A stretch of DNA of 62,261 bases, counting the filler. It is 4 parts of 4 records of this genome, joined end to end, with 100 filler letters (N's around TTAATTAATTAA, not from the genome) between each part and the next. Parts side by side here need not be neighbours in the genome. Positions count along the whole stretch, not along the records: positions 24,768 to 37,557 come from DRR378314_2117; positions 37,658 to 48,511 come from DRR378314_2121; 2 more parts are not named here. The stretch is one strand, 5' to 3'. Positions within the stretch are counted from its first letter, which is position 1, and the number at the start of each line of letters is the position of its first letter. Below, piece by piece: positions 33,694 to 45,963 of this stretch. The position numbers and the translations under genes are program-made. Below the pieces are notes generated by a model, which was not told where the DNA came from, made no database searches, and saw only the letters and a list, made by a program, of their open reading frames with translations.

Positions 33694-34599
33694 CTATTTT
33701 GCGCCTTTTACAAATCCTAAAAATGCATCGACCACCCGGTTGGGTCGGCGATCATGGCGAGTGATTAGCACAAACGGAATCTGATAACGCTGGGTACCCG
33801 GCTGAATGGCGCGCATCTTATTGGCATTAACCCATTGAGCGGCAACATGTTCAGGAAGAAAACCGATAAACCGTCCAGTGAGAATCAAAAACGCAGCGCC
33901 CTCCCGATCAGAGGCAGAGGCTTGTAGATTTAACGCATCATGTGCTTTACGCGCATCGCTGGGGAGTGGATAGCGAGGCGTTATCGCTGGGTAAGCGGCG
34001 ATCTGTTCAGCTGTGAATGCTTCATCAGTTTCATCAAACAAGGGGTGGCCAGCGGCGCAGTAAAGAAACGAAGGCTCCTCGTACAACAGATACGTTTCTA
34101 AGCTGGAGGGTAAGTTAACCGCGGGCACTACGCCGACATGCAAGTGGCCATCCATGACGCTTCGAATAACGGCATCTGAAGGCTCCATGTGAATATTAAC
34201 CGTGACTTCATGGTTTGGCGCTGTCAGCTCGGCGAGCGCATGGGTAACATGCATGGCAGGCAAGGTGACCAAGTTGTCGGTGATACCGATATTCAGCTCG
34301 CCCTTGATGGTATGATGTAATGCGTTTACATCGCTTTTAAAGGCTTCGAGCGCGGTCAGTAGCGTCAAACCTGCTTGGTAAATTTCTTTGCCTTCTTCGG
34401 TTAAACTAAAGCCGCCTCGGCCACGCTGGCATAGCGAAAAGCCTAGCCTGCCTTCTAAATCATTCATGTGTTGGCTAATGGCTGAACGGCTGATGCCTAA
34501 AGCGGTTTCCGCAGCGGTGAAACCACCGCATTCCACGACCGTTTTAAAAATACGCACCAAGCGTACTTCGTAGTCACTCATTTGGCCTAACGATGCCAT
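33694..34599 (-). CDS. LysR family regulator (BauR-like)
   Basis: HTH RIFKTVVECGGFTAAETALGISRSAISQHMNDLEGRLG. Confidence 0.9.
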   Translation of the reverse strand: MASLGQMSDYEVRLVRIFKTVVECGGFTAAETALGISRSAISQHMNDLEGRLGFSLCQRGRGGFSLTEEGKEIYQAGLTLLTALEAFKSDVNALHHTIKGELNIGITDNLVTLPAMHVTHALAELTAPNHEVTVNIHMEPSDAVIRSVMDGHLHVGVVPAVNLPSSLETYLLYEEPSFLYCAAGHPLFDETDEAFTAEQIAAYPAITPRYPLPSDARKAHDALNLQASASDREGAAFLILTGRFIGFLPEHVAAQWVNANKMRAIQPGTQRYQIPFVLITRHDRRPNRVVDAFLGFVKGAK

Positions 34600-34784
34600 G
34601 GCAGCCTCTTATTAAGTAAAATAACGACTTTTATGAGCTTTTTTGCTGAAAATAGCTATACATCAAAAACAAGCCGCGCCACTATTTAGAACCGCTTACG
34701 AGGAGCCGCTGTGGTCTATCTTTCACCGTTCTTTTTATACTGTATCAGGTGTGCTCTGGGATATTTGAATAAGGCCTACATATA

Positions 34785-37557
34785 ATGCTGCTACTTCGCA
34801 GTGATCGGGTAACTAACAAAAGCCAGGCAATGCCTGGCTTTCGGCGCCAAAAGCAGCGCGTTATTACGCTCTATGTTTTGTCGTTATGTATGATGATTGC
34901 GCTGTTTGGCTGGTTGCTCAAAGGCCAATATCACCAAGAAGTCAATGCGGCTGAGTCCCGTGTGATTGCCCGTGCGAATGTGGTGTCAGAATGGGTAACA
35001 GGCATGTTTGGGCAGAGCAGCCAAGGTTTGTTTAGCCTGGCCGAGTTGCTCAATGTTCACCAAGAAAACTCTTTGGGGTTGGATGGTTTAGAGGCGGAAA
35101 GTGCAACTGCCGTCCAGCGAGCGCTCGACAATCTTACCGAGTATGTGCCACTGATCGATAGTGTTAGTGTCTTAGACCCTCAGGGGCGCCTACGTTTAAG
35201 CAGTAACGCTAATCGACATGTTGGGGAGGGGATTGGCGACAGCGCCTTTTTCCGCACCTTTCAACAAGGTGGCCAAGACGAAATGATGACGCCGCTTATT
35301 TGGTCGACAAGCAAGCAGCGTTTCTTTCTCTATCATGGCAGGCGTCTAGTGAATGACCAGGGCGACTTCGCTGGTGTGATTATGTCTCGTATCATGCCGC
35401 ATATCCTCAATAGTGCGCTGCAGCAAATGCGACTGTACGACGGTGAGAGTATGGCGCTGATAGATGAGAGTCTAAAAGTGGTTGCTCGGCACCCGGCTCC
35501 CCATGAAGGAATGCTCATTGGTAGCCAACTTGATGCACCTGAGACACAGCAGTGGTTAAACAGCGGTAGCGTTACTCGGACATTAACCGCAATCTCGCCC
35601 CTTGACGGAAGTAAACGCTTATTTCACATGCAACGCATTAGTGGCTATCCGGTATTTGTTGCAGTGGGCGTTGACCTTCATACGCTGATGGCAGGATGGC
35701 GCCAGCGTTTGCTAGTGTTAATGTTGGTCGTTGGTTTAATTACGCTGTTGGGGGCTTGGGGTGTTCGCCACTACTTAAACCGCCTTGCGTTAGCTTACCA
35801 ACTACATGAACGAATAAAAGAGCGAGAGCTAGCAAGAGCCGAAGCGCAAGCGCGTGGCGCGCGTATGGATGCCTTAGTCCACTCGATTCAGGATTTGATT
35901 TTTGTATTTGATGTGGAAGGGCGCTTTAACTATATCCATGCGGCTTCCCCTGAGCAGTTGCTTGTTAAAAGCCAGGATGCGCTGGGAAAACACTTTTCAC
36001 ATGTTTTACCTGTTCCCTTGGCTCGTGCATTTGCCGCCGTTTTTGAGCGAGTGCAGCAGTTGCATAAAGTAGAAAGGTTTGAATATCCGCTGACCATTGA
36101 TGCACAGCCACACCATTTTCATGCCACCGTGAGCCCGCTAATCAGTAGTGCTGGACAGTTTGAGGGAGTGTTATCGGTGAACCGTGATATTACCGAAGCG
36201 AAGCGCGCAGAAGTTGAGCTGCAGATTGCAGCGGCTGCTTTTCAAGCACATTTGGGCATCATAGTGGCGGATGCACGGGGAGATATTTTAAAAGTTAATG
36301 AGACGTTTAAGCGTATAACCGGCTATAGCGATGCTGAGGTGATCGGTAAGAACCCGCGTATGTTTAGCTCTGGCCACCATAACGCAGCGTTTTATCGTCG
36401 TTTGTGGAAGCGGGTGATGACCACAGGAAGTTGGGAGGGAGAAATCTGGAATCAGCGCAAAAATGGTGAGCTATTCCCTGAGTGGCTGACGATCAGTGCT
36501 GTTTACGATGCAGACGGTGTACTGACTAACTACGTTGCCACCATGAGTGATATTAGTGAGCGCAAAGCCGCTGAGCAAGAGATCCACCAGCTTGCGTTTT
36601 ATGATCCATTAACGGGCTTCGCAAATCGACGCCTGTTTATGGACAGAATGGAGACAGCACTTAAAGAGCTAAACCGCCATCAGCGCTGTGGAGCGTTGTT
36701 GGTAATCGATATTGACCGTTTCAACCATATTAACGATACCTTGGGGCACCTCGCCGGCGATCAGTTGCTTCAGCGGGTTGCCCAGCGGTTTGGCCAAATG
36801 TTGCGCGATACCGATACGTTGGCTCGCCTGGGTAGTGATGAATTTGCGGTGCTTATTGAAGACATCGATGGAAGCCCACGCCAGACACGCCGCTTAGCAG
36901 AACATATTGCCCAGAAACTTCTGGTGGCGCTTGATGAGCCGGTTAATTTTTCTGAAGAGCAAGTTATGGTCACCGCATGCGTTGGGATTACGGTTGTGTC
37001 CGATAGCCAGCGAAGTGCCGAAGACTACCTTCAGCAGGTCGATATGGCCTTGTTACAGGCGAAAGCGAGTGGGCGTCGTGCCATACGCTTTTTTGATCCT
37101 TCGATGCAGGCTACGCTACTGGCGCGGGTTAAGCTTGAAGCCGACTTGCGGCAGGCATTGGAGAGTCACCAATGGCGCCTCTATTACCAGCCTCAGGTTA
37201 ATCGCTTTGGCCACTGTACGGGAGTTGAGGCACTGCTGCGCTGGCAGCATCCAGAGCGTGGCATGGTGTCACCTGGCGAGTTTATTCCACTCTTAGAGAG
37301 TACCGGGCTGATTAATGAGGTTGGTGAGTGGGTTATTGAAGATGCATGCCGTCAGCTAGCTTGCTGGGCAGCAACGCCACACCTGCGTGAACTGACGATT
37401 TCGGTGAATATCAGCCCACTGCAGTTTCGCGATAGTGAGTTCTTATCTCGCTTACAGCAGGTTTTTGTGCGTACAAAGGCACCGCTTGAGCGCCTCAAGC
37501 TTGAAGTTACCGAGTCGTTGTTTGTGGAAGCGCGCGACGATGCCCGTGACAAAATGC
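34785..37557 (+). CDS. Membrane Cache-PAS-PAS-GGDEF-EAL protein (3' truncated)
   Basis: Two TMs around a periplasmic domain, PAS/PAC, FYDPLTG, RLGSDEF, EALLRW, LEVTES. Confidence 0.9.
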
Positions 37558-37657
37558 NNNNNNNNNNNNNNNNNNNNNNNNNNNNNNNNNNNNNNNNNNN
37601 NTTAATTAATTAANNNNNNNNNNNNNNNNNNNNNNNNNNNNNNNNNNNNNNNNNNNN
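37558..37657. other. Artificial contig spacer
   Basis: N44-TTAATTAATTAA-N44. Confidence 0.98.
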
Positions 37658-37836
37658 CAACCAAACATCGTGTACTTTTCTTTCACTCGTGCCACCGCAC
37701 GAACGTGAACGCGCGACAGCCAACACGTGCGCGCCACCGTTGAGAATATACAACCCCATCGTACGCGTTCACTGCGAACGCAGTGAGCAGGCTTTCCCTT
37801 GCAACGCACGTCCACCTACGGCAACCCGGGACTTAC

Positions 37837-39841
37837 TCTTTCCATTTTTCCAGCTCCAGCAGGCGGTTTCCCTCCATCCATGCGTGATAGGCTTCAGCCT
37901 CGACTGTCGTACGACAGTCACCCAATACTTTTGCGCACAATCCCGCAAAGACGGACGCGTGTAGCGCTGCCTTGCGCAGGCGGCGACGCAGCTGGAAGCG
38001 CGCACGAGGTGACACCGCAGCGGCGTCTTCCCGAATCTGCATGGCAAACGCCCACGCTCGTTCCGCGGACACCAGCTCGATCATCAGATGCCGCGGGTCG
38101 GTAATGTACGGTGCCTCCACATGCTTCTTGCTGAATCGACCGTGCCCGCACGTAAAGTGAAGGCGCTTCCGCATCCGATGGAGCCTTCGCGTACAGTACT
38201 TCAAGAAGGAAACAAGCGCAATTGACGCGATTACACGTGAAAAACAAAGGAAGAGTAAGCAAAGGAAGACAGCGATCCGAGTCAGTACCCTCAAGGAAAC
38301 CAGGAACCACACCACCAGCGATGATACGCCCATGACATGATACGCTATCGCCATGTTCCTCCGGCCTATCCCGGGCACCGTCGCTGTGTAGGCGTGGTGG
38401 ATGTTTGTTTGGCAAACCCGCGTACGCGTGGTGCCTCGTTCGCGCACCGCAAGAACGCCAACGCCGCCAGCGTTCAGATACTTCGCACAGCGCAGCAGTG
38501 TCTATTCCTCTTCACGTGATACGCAGTTGTGTTCTCTCTCCCTTTCACACCTCTCCCCGTTCACAACGCCCCGGAGCAGTTCCGTAGAGGGTACGATCAC
38601 CGCGCGTATCGTTATATACACGAGTGCCTGTACGAATATGTAATTCGGTTCTCCTGGTGCGGTGCGTCGCAGCTGCGCGGCAGGCGACGAGTACCTGGTG
38701 CGCCGCTTACCTGTCGGTACCGCTGATAGTCATTGTGACGAAGGCCGTTTTCCAGCTGCATTTGTTTGACAAGTCCAAGTACTGCGAGCAAAGACCGTAG
38801 CGGTGCGGGTCCATGCGCGGGTGGTCAGACTGCGCGCGCTGCGTCGAGCGTGCCGTGCGCCGCGTGCGTGCGTGTGGCGGCGGCCGCGGTGGCTCGGCCC
38901 GCCGGCGCCGCTGCAGACGCGTATACCCACACGCGTCCGGCGCACCGGCATTCCGGTAATTGCCACACCACAGTAGTCTAGACCATAGGCACAAGGAAAA
39001 GATGGAAAGCATACACCCATACATATACTACTATGCACCCCATCGCGCCGGATATCACATGGCGGTACGAATTAGCGTCAGGGTTCGTTGACGCGGGCTC
39101 GCAGCGGCGGCAGCGGCTCGACGGGCGCGTACACGGCGGCGGCGGCGCACGCATCGCCGCCGCCGCCGCAATCCCGGAGGAGAGCGCCACGGGACCGTAG
39201 CACAAATACATCCCTTGCCAAACCCGGAGGAGAACCTTTGTACATAGGAATATAGTGCTGCCAGCGGGTCAGTGCATATTCCATGCTAGTGCGCGGTGAG
39301 TGCATTGTGCGGCGGGCTCGAGCAGTGCACGTGCGGCGGCCACTGCGAACGCACGCTGCAGCGAGGACCCCCGACCCGCGGCCGCGACCGCGCCGCCACG
39401 GCTACCGCACGCGACGCGAAACAAAGGAACACAACAAACCCGAAGTCACATACGCGCCCTAATATGATTAATGCGCGCTACGAACACCGTTCACAGCAAC
39501 GGAATCGCCAGCGGCGAGGGGAGAGAGACGCGACCAACGCGCTGGCCGTGCACGCATCGACGGACAGCTCTGGCAGGCGCTCGCGCTCGGCCACTCTGCG
39601 CGTCGCTGGGCTGCGCTCGATGCGAGCGACTGCCTCGGCGCACCGCGCAAAGGACGCGACCCGCGGACACCGCTGCGCGTAGACGCCCGACAATGACAAC
39701 TCCCACCCAAGACTTCCAGAACACCATACCATCCATCATGAGCGTCGTGGGATCCACGTCCGTCATTGCGGTATCCACCTCCTCGCCCGTGGCGCCGGAC
39801 GCCTCCTCCGTGTGCGGCTTGCTGTCGTCGGCGGCGGCCAT
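37837..39841 (-). CDS. SRP68: Eukaryotic signal recognition particle subunit SRP68, first three exons (3' incomplete)
   Basis: Exons 39841-39730, 38781-38711 and 38198-37837 splice in frame at GT-AG introns, giving ...LMMDVLGLVKQMQLENGLRHNDYQRYRQYCTRRLHR...SAERAWAFAM...RRRLRKA...EAEAY. Confidence 0.88.
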
Positions 39842-40756
39842 GGTCTCGGTTGGGGGTTCGCGGTCGGCCTGCGCTGGCAACCCGCGGTCGGCGCGGCGCA
39901 CGCGCAGTCGGCGGACGGCCCTACCTACCGAGCGCAGCGATTCGCGCACGCGCTTGGGGGTGTGCGATATTAATATACTTCCTTATTGGCATTACCCTCA
40001 ATATTAGTACCCGCCGCGATTCCTCTCGGCGGCAAGCGGCGGGCGCACGCTCACCGAATCGTGCAGCTGCGCCGACCACCTGCTCTACACTGCCACCCCT
40101 GTTCGCTGAAATACAGTTGTGTACGGTCAGGTACGAGGAACAAGCGACAAATTTTTCTGCAGGAACGGTACTGTCGCGCATATAGTTCAGCGACACACCC
40201 TCACAACGAGTTCGACCACGCGCCCGCCAGATTCGCGTGCCTGCCTCGCACCGCGCCGGACTTTCGCTTCCGAACAAACAGCGCCAGAGACGCCCGTCAT
40301 TATCCCTTCCTGTTGCGGCAGTGAATACTTTATGAGTGAAAAATGCCTTACATTTCCTTCACTTCATCCTATCAGAAGCACAAATACTCCCTCCGTAAAA
40401 CCTCCAGGTGTGTATAGGGCGAGATAATGCCGCATGCTCTGGGTACAGCGTCGGGGGTTTGCCGTACGGCGAGCATTTGCCCAGCGTTTGTAGGCCAAGT
40501 GACGGCAGGAGCGCCTGCTGACACTATGTGCGAGGGCATAACTTGTACCACTGCCGCGGAATGGTATTGAATTATCTTTTCAGTACTGTAGACTATGTTG
40601 ATGTCTACGTGTAGAGCGAGGCCGCCTCTAACAAAGTTGCAAAGCGCCGCGTCGGGATGCTGCGGCGGGGTTGTGCTTTCACGGGCGCATGTCACAGTTT
40701 CCAGGGCCTACACATATCGCGCCGCAGAGCGAACTGAACAAATGGCGCTCGCACAG

Positions 40757-41472
40757 GCAGCGCCCAATTTGCCATACGAGGCACGACTATCCACACATGT
40801 AGACGATGCGTTACAAGCAAGATCAGAGCACGTGCTGCAGCCACGTGACGGCAGTCATTCTCCCTATGAGCTGCTCCGCGACCTAGCCGTCAAGCAAGGG
40901 GAAGAAATCGAGTTCCTGGACGGGACCGTCGATGCTGTTCTTCAGGACGCCAAGGCCCTTGGCGAGGAAAACGACGCGCTCCGTATGCGTATCTCAATAC
41001 TGGAATCGTCCCACTTGCACGTACGTTTCGTATGAAATTTGATGAAGTGAGTTCTATTACGCAACATGACTGTACTGTTGTGCGCATTGGCACACGTACT
41101 CATTCCAAACATTGAGCGCTGTGCTGGTACACTGCTGGAGCTCTGGCACGCGATCTCCACCATGCTGGACACCGGCTCGCGTAGTGCGGTTCACGTGCAG
41201 AAACGAGCGTAGCAGCGGGAGACCCTCGCACGTGATTCTGTTTTGCTGGCCTATTCCAAGTGTACCATTGGTCCTTTCAGGACCTACTCATCCTGCCGAC
41301 GTCCGAATCAGGGATGCTAAGCGTGCGCTGTCGGCTTCACTGCCTTCACTCCTTGTTGCGAAACCGCAGCCGAGCCGTAGACGTCAGGGTTCGCAGGAAG
41401 CGCCCGAAGAATCTCCTGCGCCAATGCCGCGTCAACCACTCGATGCCCAACCGAGTCTCCAGTCTCTACAAG
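40757..41472 (+). CDS. Probable exons of an unidentified eukaryotic coiled-coil protein
   Basis: cag|40757-41020|gtacgt encodes LRDLAVKQGEEIEFLDGTVDAVLQDAKALGEENDALRMRISILE; second candidate exon tttcag|41281-41472|gtacgc. Confidence 0.4.
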
Positions 41473-42317
41473 GTACGCGTGGCATATCATCACTGGAATA
41501 ACATGATCTTCAGTGTCCTGCGTACAATGATCATCATACACTGAAGTGATGGGATGCAGGCAGAAAAGTGCCGGAATGGTAGCCAAGGGAAGTTTGCCGC
41601 TCCACGATTCTACTTCCGTTGAATTCCCGACGGGTTTCGTGCAATGTGCGACCTTGTAGCGGCGATCCGATCGGTACGGCGACAGAATCTCGTCATAATT
41701 GGGCTGTTATGCGTTTTATTACTTTGGATGAGTGTGAACTTGTTGTATGACAGAGTATCTTCCCTGTGGATTTCGGTTTCTTGAGCTGCGGTCGATAGTT
41801 GTCACGTAGTCATGTTGGCGACATTCTGGCTGACGGGTCCGCGAGCGATACGTACTACACGCGCGGCTGCACCCCGCGCGTGCGAGCCGTGCCCACCAAT
41901 GGGGAGGATAGCTCCGCATACTTAGCAATACAGTGGACACGCCTTACCTTCTCCATACACCGATGCTTGCTTGCGAGCTTGCCTCGAAGGGCAGAGAGCG
42001 CCTCACTCCGAGGACCGCACGTCGAATGCGTACCGTGCGTGCTCTTTCGTCAGCCCAGTAGCGGAACATCTGCGCCACCTGAGCACTCATGTGTAGTGTG
42101 ATAGGAGCATATTGTATTCCTTGTGTAGATATGCACACGCATTGCACTCACACCGCGATGTTTCCGACACGAGAGCAGTGAAACCGCGTCCGTCTCCAGC
42201 AGGCGAGCACCTACCGAAACGACGCTGCACGCAACCTCGCGCGCGCCAAGGTGAGGCGAGCGACCTTGCCACTGGCTTTCCATCTTCGACCCAGCCAACA
42301 CGAGACTTATTTATAAT

Positions 42318-45300
42318 TTATACAAGAAATTCATCCCTCCCAATACCGAGAGCTTGTCCCACTGCGATATTGAGAGCCGCGGAAGGGGAGCGCAGGGTGC
42401 TTCGCTGGAACAAGGAGGCTACACGCGCCCGGCGCGACCGGACCAGCTCGCTCCCTTCCGCAGCCAAGTGCAGCAGCACCGCACTCGCTAGCGCACTCCC
42501 TTCCTCGTCGCCGCTGCTAACAATGCGCATGAGACGATCGAATCCGCTTTCAAACTGCGACGTCGTATCGGATACAAACGTTGGTATCCGTGTCAGGTGT
42601 GCACCGGGACACCGTTGAAATCCACCGAACACGCGTCGGTGTGCTGGACGGCGCGCCGCGAGAGAGCACACGCGGCTCGGTGCGTTCGCGGCGGCACGCA
42701 CGAGAACACACAGACCCGCATACTTGCCCTGGATACACTCTGCAGCAACTCTGAGATACAACGTCCCGTACGCTTCTATATCTTCAAGCGTTGATTGTTC
42801 TCTTCGGCCTTTCACAGGAGAAAGGGATCACGCCACGCAGTGGCGCATTGTGGCTAGGGAAAACGGACCTGTTGGGAAAAGAGCGCAGCAAAGCCAAGTC
42901 GCTCCAGGCGACTCTGCAGTTCAGCTACATCAGCAACAGCTAGCGCCGCAATGGTCGCACTGGAGGGCTCTGGTGCGCGTGAGTTTCCAAAGAGGATCCA
43001 TTCGAGCGCCTGATCACAATCATGGTCGGTCTCTGCATCCGTAACATACCGTGGCAAGCGCGGTTTCGCGCAGCGCAGACAGAGCAAGCATTGGCGCGAG
43101 CGCCAGTGTTTTCAGCGCGCAACATCTGCTACGTAAGCCTGCTGCGACCTTGCCGCGGAGAAGTCGTACTGCTTCAACGACAGAACGTTACCGTGGAATT
43201 AAGGGTAACGAAAAACTACACGTCATTTATAAAAAAAATATTTCGCATACATTCAGCACAGCACGATAAGGGTATCCGCACGTGCGCTTACGCATCGAGT
43301 CGTGTGGGGCGAGCCACACAGCTTGCAACTCAAGGCACCGCACCTGACGAACTCCGTTGGCAGGACGCCGAGGACGATGCGACATCCACAGAGGGCCATG
43401 CAGATCCACAGCTGTACGGATCGATATCCCACTCTTCGCCGAGTAATGCGTCTACTAATTCATCGCGCGCGCTCTCTTCGGGTAGAAATAGGGGAAGACA
43501 TGCCGTGAGCGACCCCTGCTGTTCGCCGCCGACCTGCGCTGTTATGCCCTCGAGGTTCTCCATGCCTGCACGGTGTGAAACCAGGTGCCGAGCGCATACA
43601 CACTTCGTTTGCCGCTTCCAAAACAACAGTAGTAGGGGATAACTACACCGAAGCAGTGACGATATACTGTACGGGCGCCTGCGGTTAGTTCTGGGCGTCT
43701 CTGAAGTTACGGTCCGTACTTTTTCTTGCCCTTGACGCACGTCTGCGCAGGCACACACGGCGCGGCGCGAGACTGGCTCGCCTCACGAAATCACCGGACC
43801 AAGTGGGTTCTTGGGGGGCGTGCAGCCCTGGCGCGCCGCACGACGCCCGGTGTTCACAACCCCTCCGCCAGGGCCGCACCCTGTGGTCGGTGACGCCAGC
43901 GCAAGGATTCTCTCGGATGTGGCATGAAAATAGAGTGCGCTTTATACTGGAGAGAACGATGAAGATCGGCCACACGCTCTCCATCGGGTCAATGCATGCT
44001 GGGGCGAGTCGAATAGTGGACGCAATAGCGGGAGGGCAGGAGCAACCGTGACTTCGTCGCGGCAGAGTGCTCGTGGTCCGCTCTACGGAAAAGAAGAAAG
44101 AACCATGGCATTGGCTCATAGGTGCGCCACTAGCAAGTCACATCAATCAGAATAGTCCTGACCAACACATATGGATATCGCCGCGAAATAAAAGCGGGTA
44201 TTCGCGACTCATTAGGTGGGTGAACGCCTCTCTCCTCGCGTGTAGTTCTGCAAACCTCGGGACCGGGTGGCTTCGCATAGCGACTACACCACGCGCGCCG
44301 AAAGCTGTTTTTCTACCGCCTTCTTTGTCCGACGAAATACTACCGCTCCCAAGGTTTTGTTTGCCACATTATCCATATATTTACACAAACACAAACGTCA
44401 ATAAATTCTTGCTCGTTTGACTCCAGCGTGTCGTTTCGAAAGATACAGGAGATGAGCCGTACGTGTGCTGTCAAATGCATGTCGCGACGAACGCCGCGCG
44501 TCGGTCTCGCACTGCGAGAGCTGTGGCCGTGCGGCGCCAACGCCACACCCAACCTGCGCCACCGCGGTTGCGAAACCCGCGCGCACAGACCGCACAGTAC
44601 TGAAGCCAAGGATACTCCGAAGGGAGGGAACCGTTCCATAGCTTTGGCTCAACAGATCAACGACATATCCCTTCGTATAAAGTTTCCGAGTAACGACCAT
44701 CTGCAGCTGCATCGCCAGAAGTCCGTGCGGTGCGCAAAACCACCCAACGTTACGCGAATTGAGCGACCACGCGGCGTAGACCGACAGCACGGTGGGACTG
44801 CGCCGGCCGAGCAAACGAAACCAGCCAACACTCGCACGAGGTCGTCCATGCCAATCCGTTCTTGTACAAGGCAAAACAATGTAAACAGTCCTCAACAAGG
44901 ACAGACGACCACCATGAATGTGACAGATGATCTTTCATCGCTTGAAATGTGCGTCAACGGACCGCCCTTGGCATTCCACCTCACAAGAGAGCGGCGCTGA
45001 CGTAGCGCCTACGGCGAGGAAAGCCGCTACTCGGAAACAAGTAAACGCGAGTGCGCGAGCCCGCGCGTACGGCGAACAGCAAGCGCGTGCAGTGGTGCAC
45101 GGCGTTACTTCTCGGCCCGCAATTACACAGGCATAAGCCAAAGGCCTAGCATACAGATTTTTTACCAATAATTGTAAGGAAAGAAAACAGCATCGTCAGC
45201 AGCAAACAAAACAGAGGTATCTGGGCGTTATTCTGCCGAGCGTATTAATGGCGCACCTGTTAGAGCGCGACACTTCTTTCCTTGTGCAGGGGGCCGCCGC

Positions 45301-45860
45301 GTGCCGCCAAGCGCGCCCGCTGCAGAAACACGGAGACAGCTAGCCTTCCGATCCGTATCCTTGACGGCGGGCATACTTTCCAAGAGCCGCACAGACCACT
45401 ACAAAGCAAATGAAGATAATAAGAAGCGTAGCGAGCGTGTTCCCGAGATCCATTGTAGCGTCTCACGAGAAGGAAAGGAAATGGCTCAAGCCAGACCGCA
45501 GACTAAGAAGATGGACAGCCAGGTGGTTACGCCGCCCGAGCTGCTAACCTATTGCTCTGAGAAATTGACACCGTTCACAAGGGCTTGCAAGTCTTTACCT
45601 CCCACTACATATTAAGGATCTACTCTTTCTCGTAAACATTAGAAAGGGGTCAAAACTTATTATACCCGATATTTTTGTATAATTACATTCAGGCCGCCCC
45701 CCTCGGAAGGTACGACGGGACGAGCGCGTGTTCAGCGGATTGTCCTTTCGCCTTTTACTAAAGAACACCGCGCGTGCTCTCCAAGTACGTCGCTAAGTAT
45801 TTCTTTGACCGTCTTCGCGACGGCATCTTTCCAAACCTCTGTTGACAACTACCAACCAGT
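42318..45860 (-). CDS. Probable multi-exon eukaryotic gene of unknown function (boundaries approximate)
   Basis: Protein-like segments near splice-like signals (EVWKDAVAKTVKEILSDVLG; VVTRKLYTKGYVVDLLSQSYG; DQALEWILFG; FESGFDRLMRIV...GRDEFLV*). Not assembled into one model. Confidence 0.35.
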
Positions 45861-45963
45861 TGTCCATCAATTCTCCAATACTATTTTCAATTCGCTTCTT
45901 CGCGATGGTAGATGAACAGCGTGATGGATGGCGTACGAGCATTCATTGCTTACACAAGCTGAA

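Noticed and set aside
42722-42727. Possible non-canonical GC-AG donor (GCAAGT, minus strand)
   Set aside because: An ordinary GT donor (GTATGC) overlaps it and the frame is open through the region; undecidable without transcripts.
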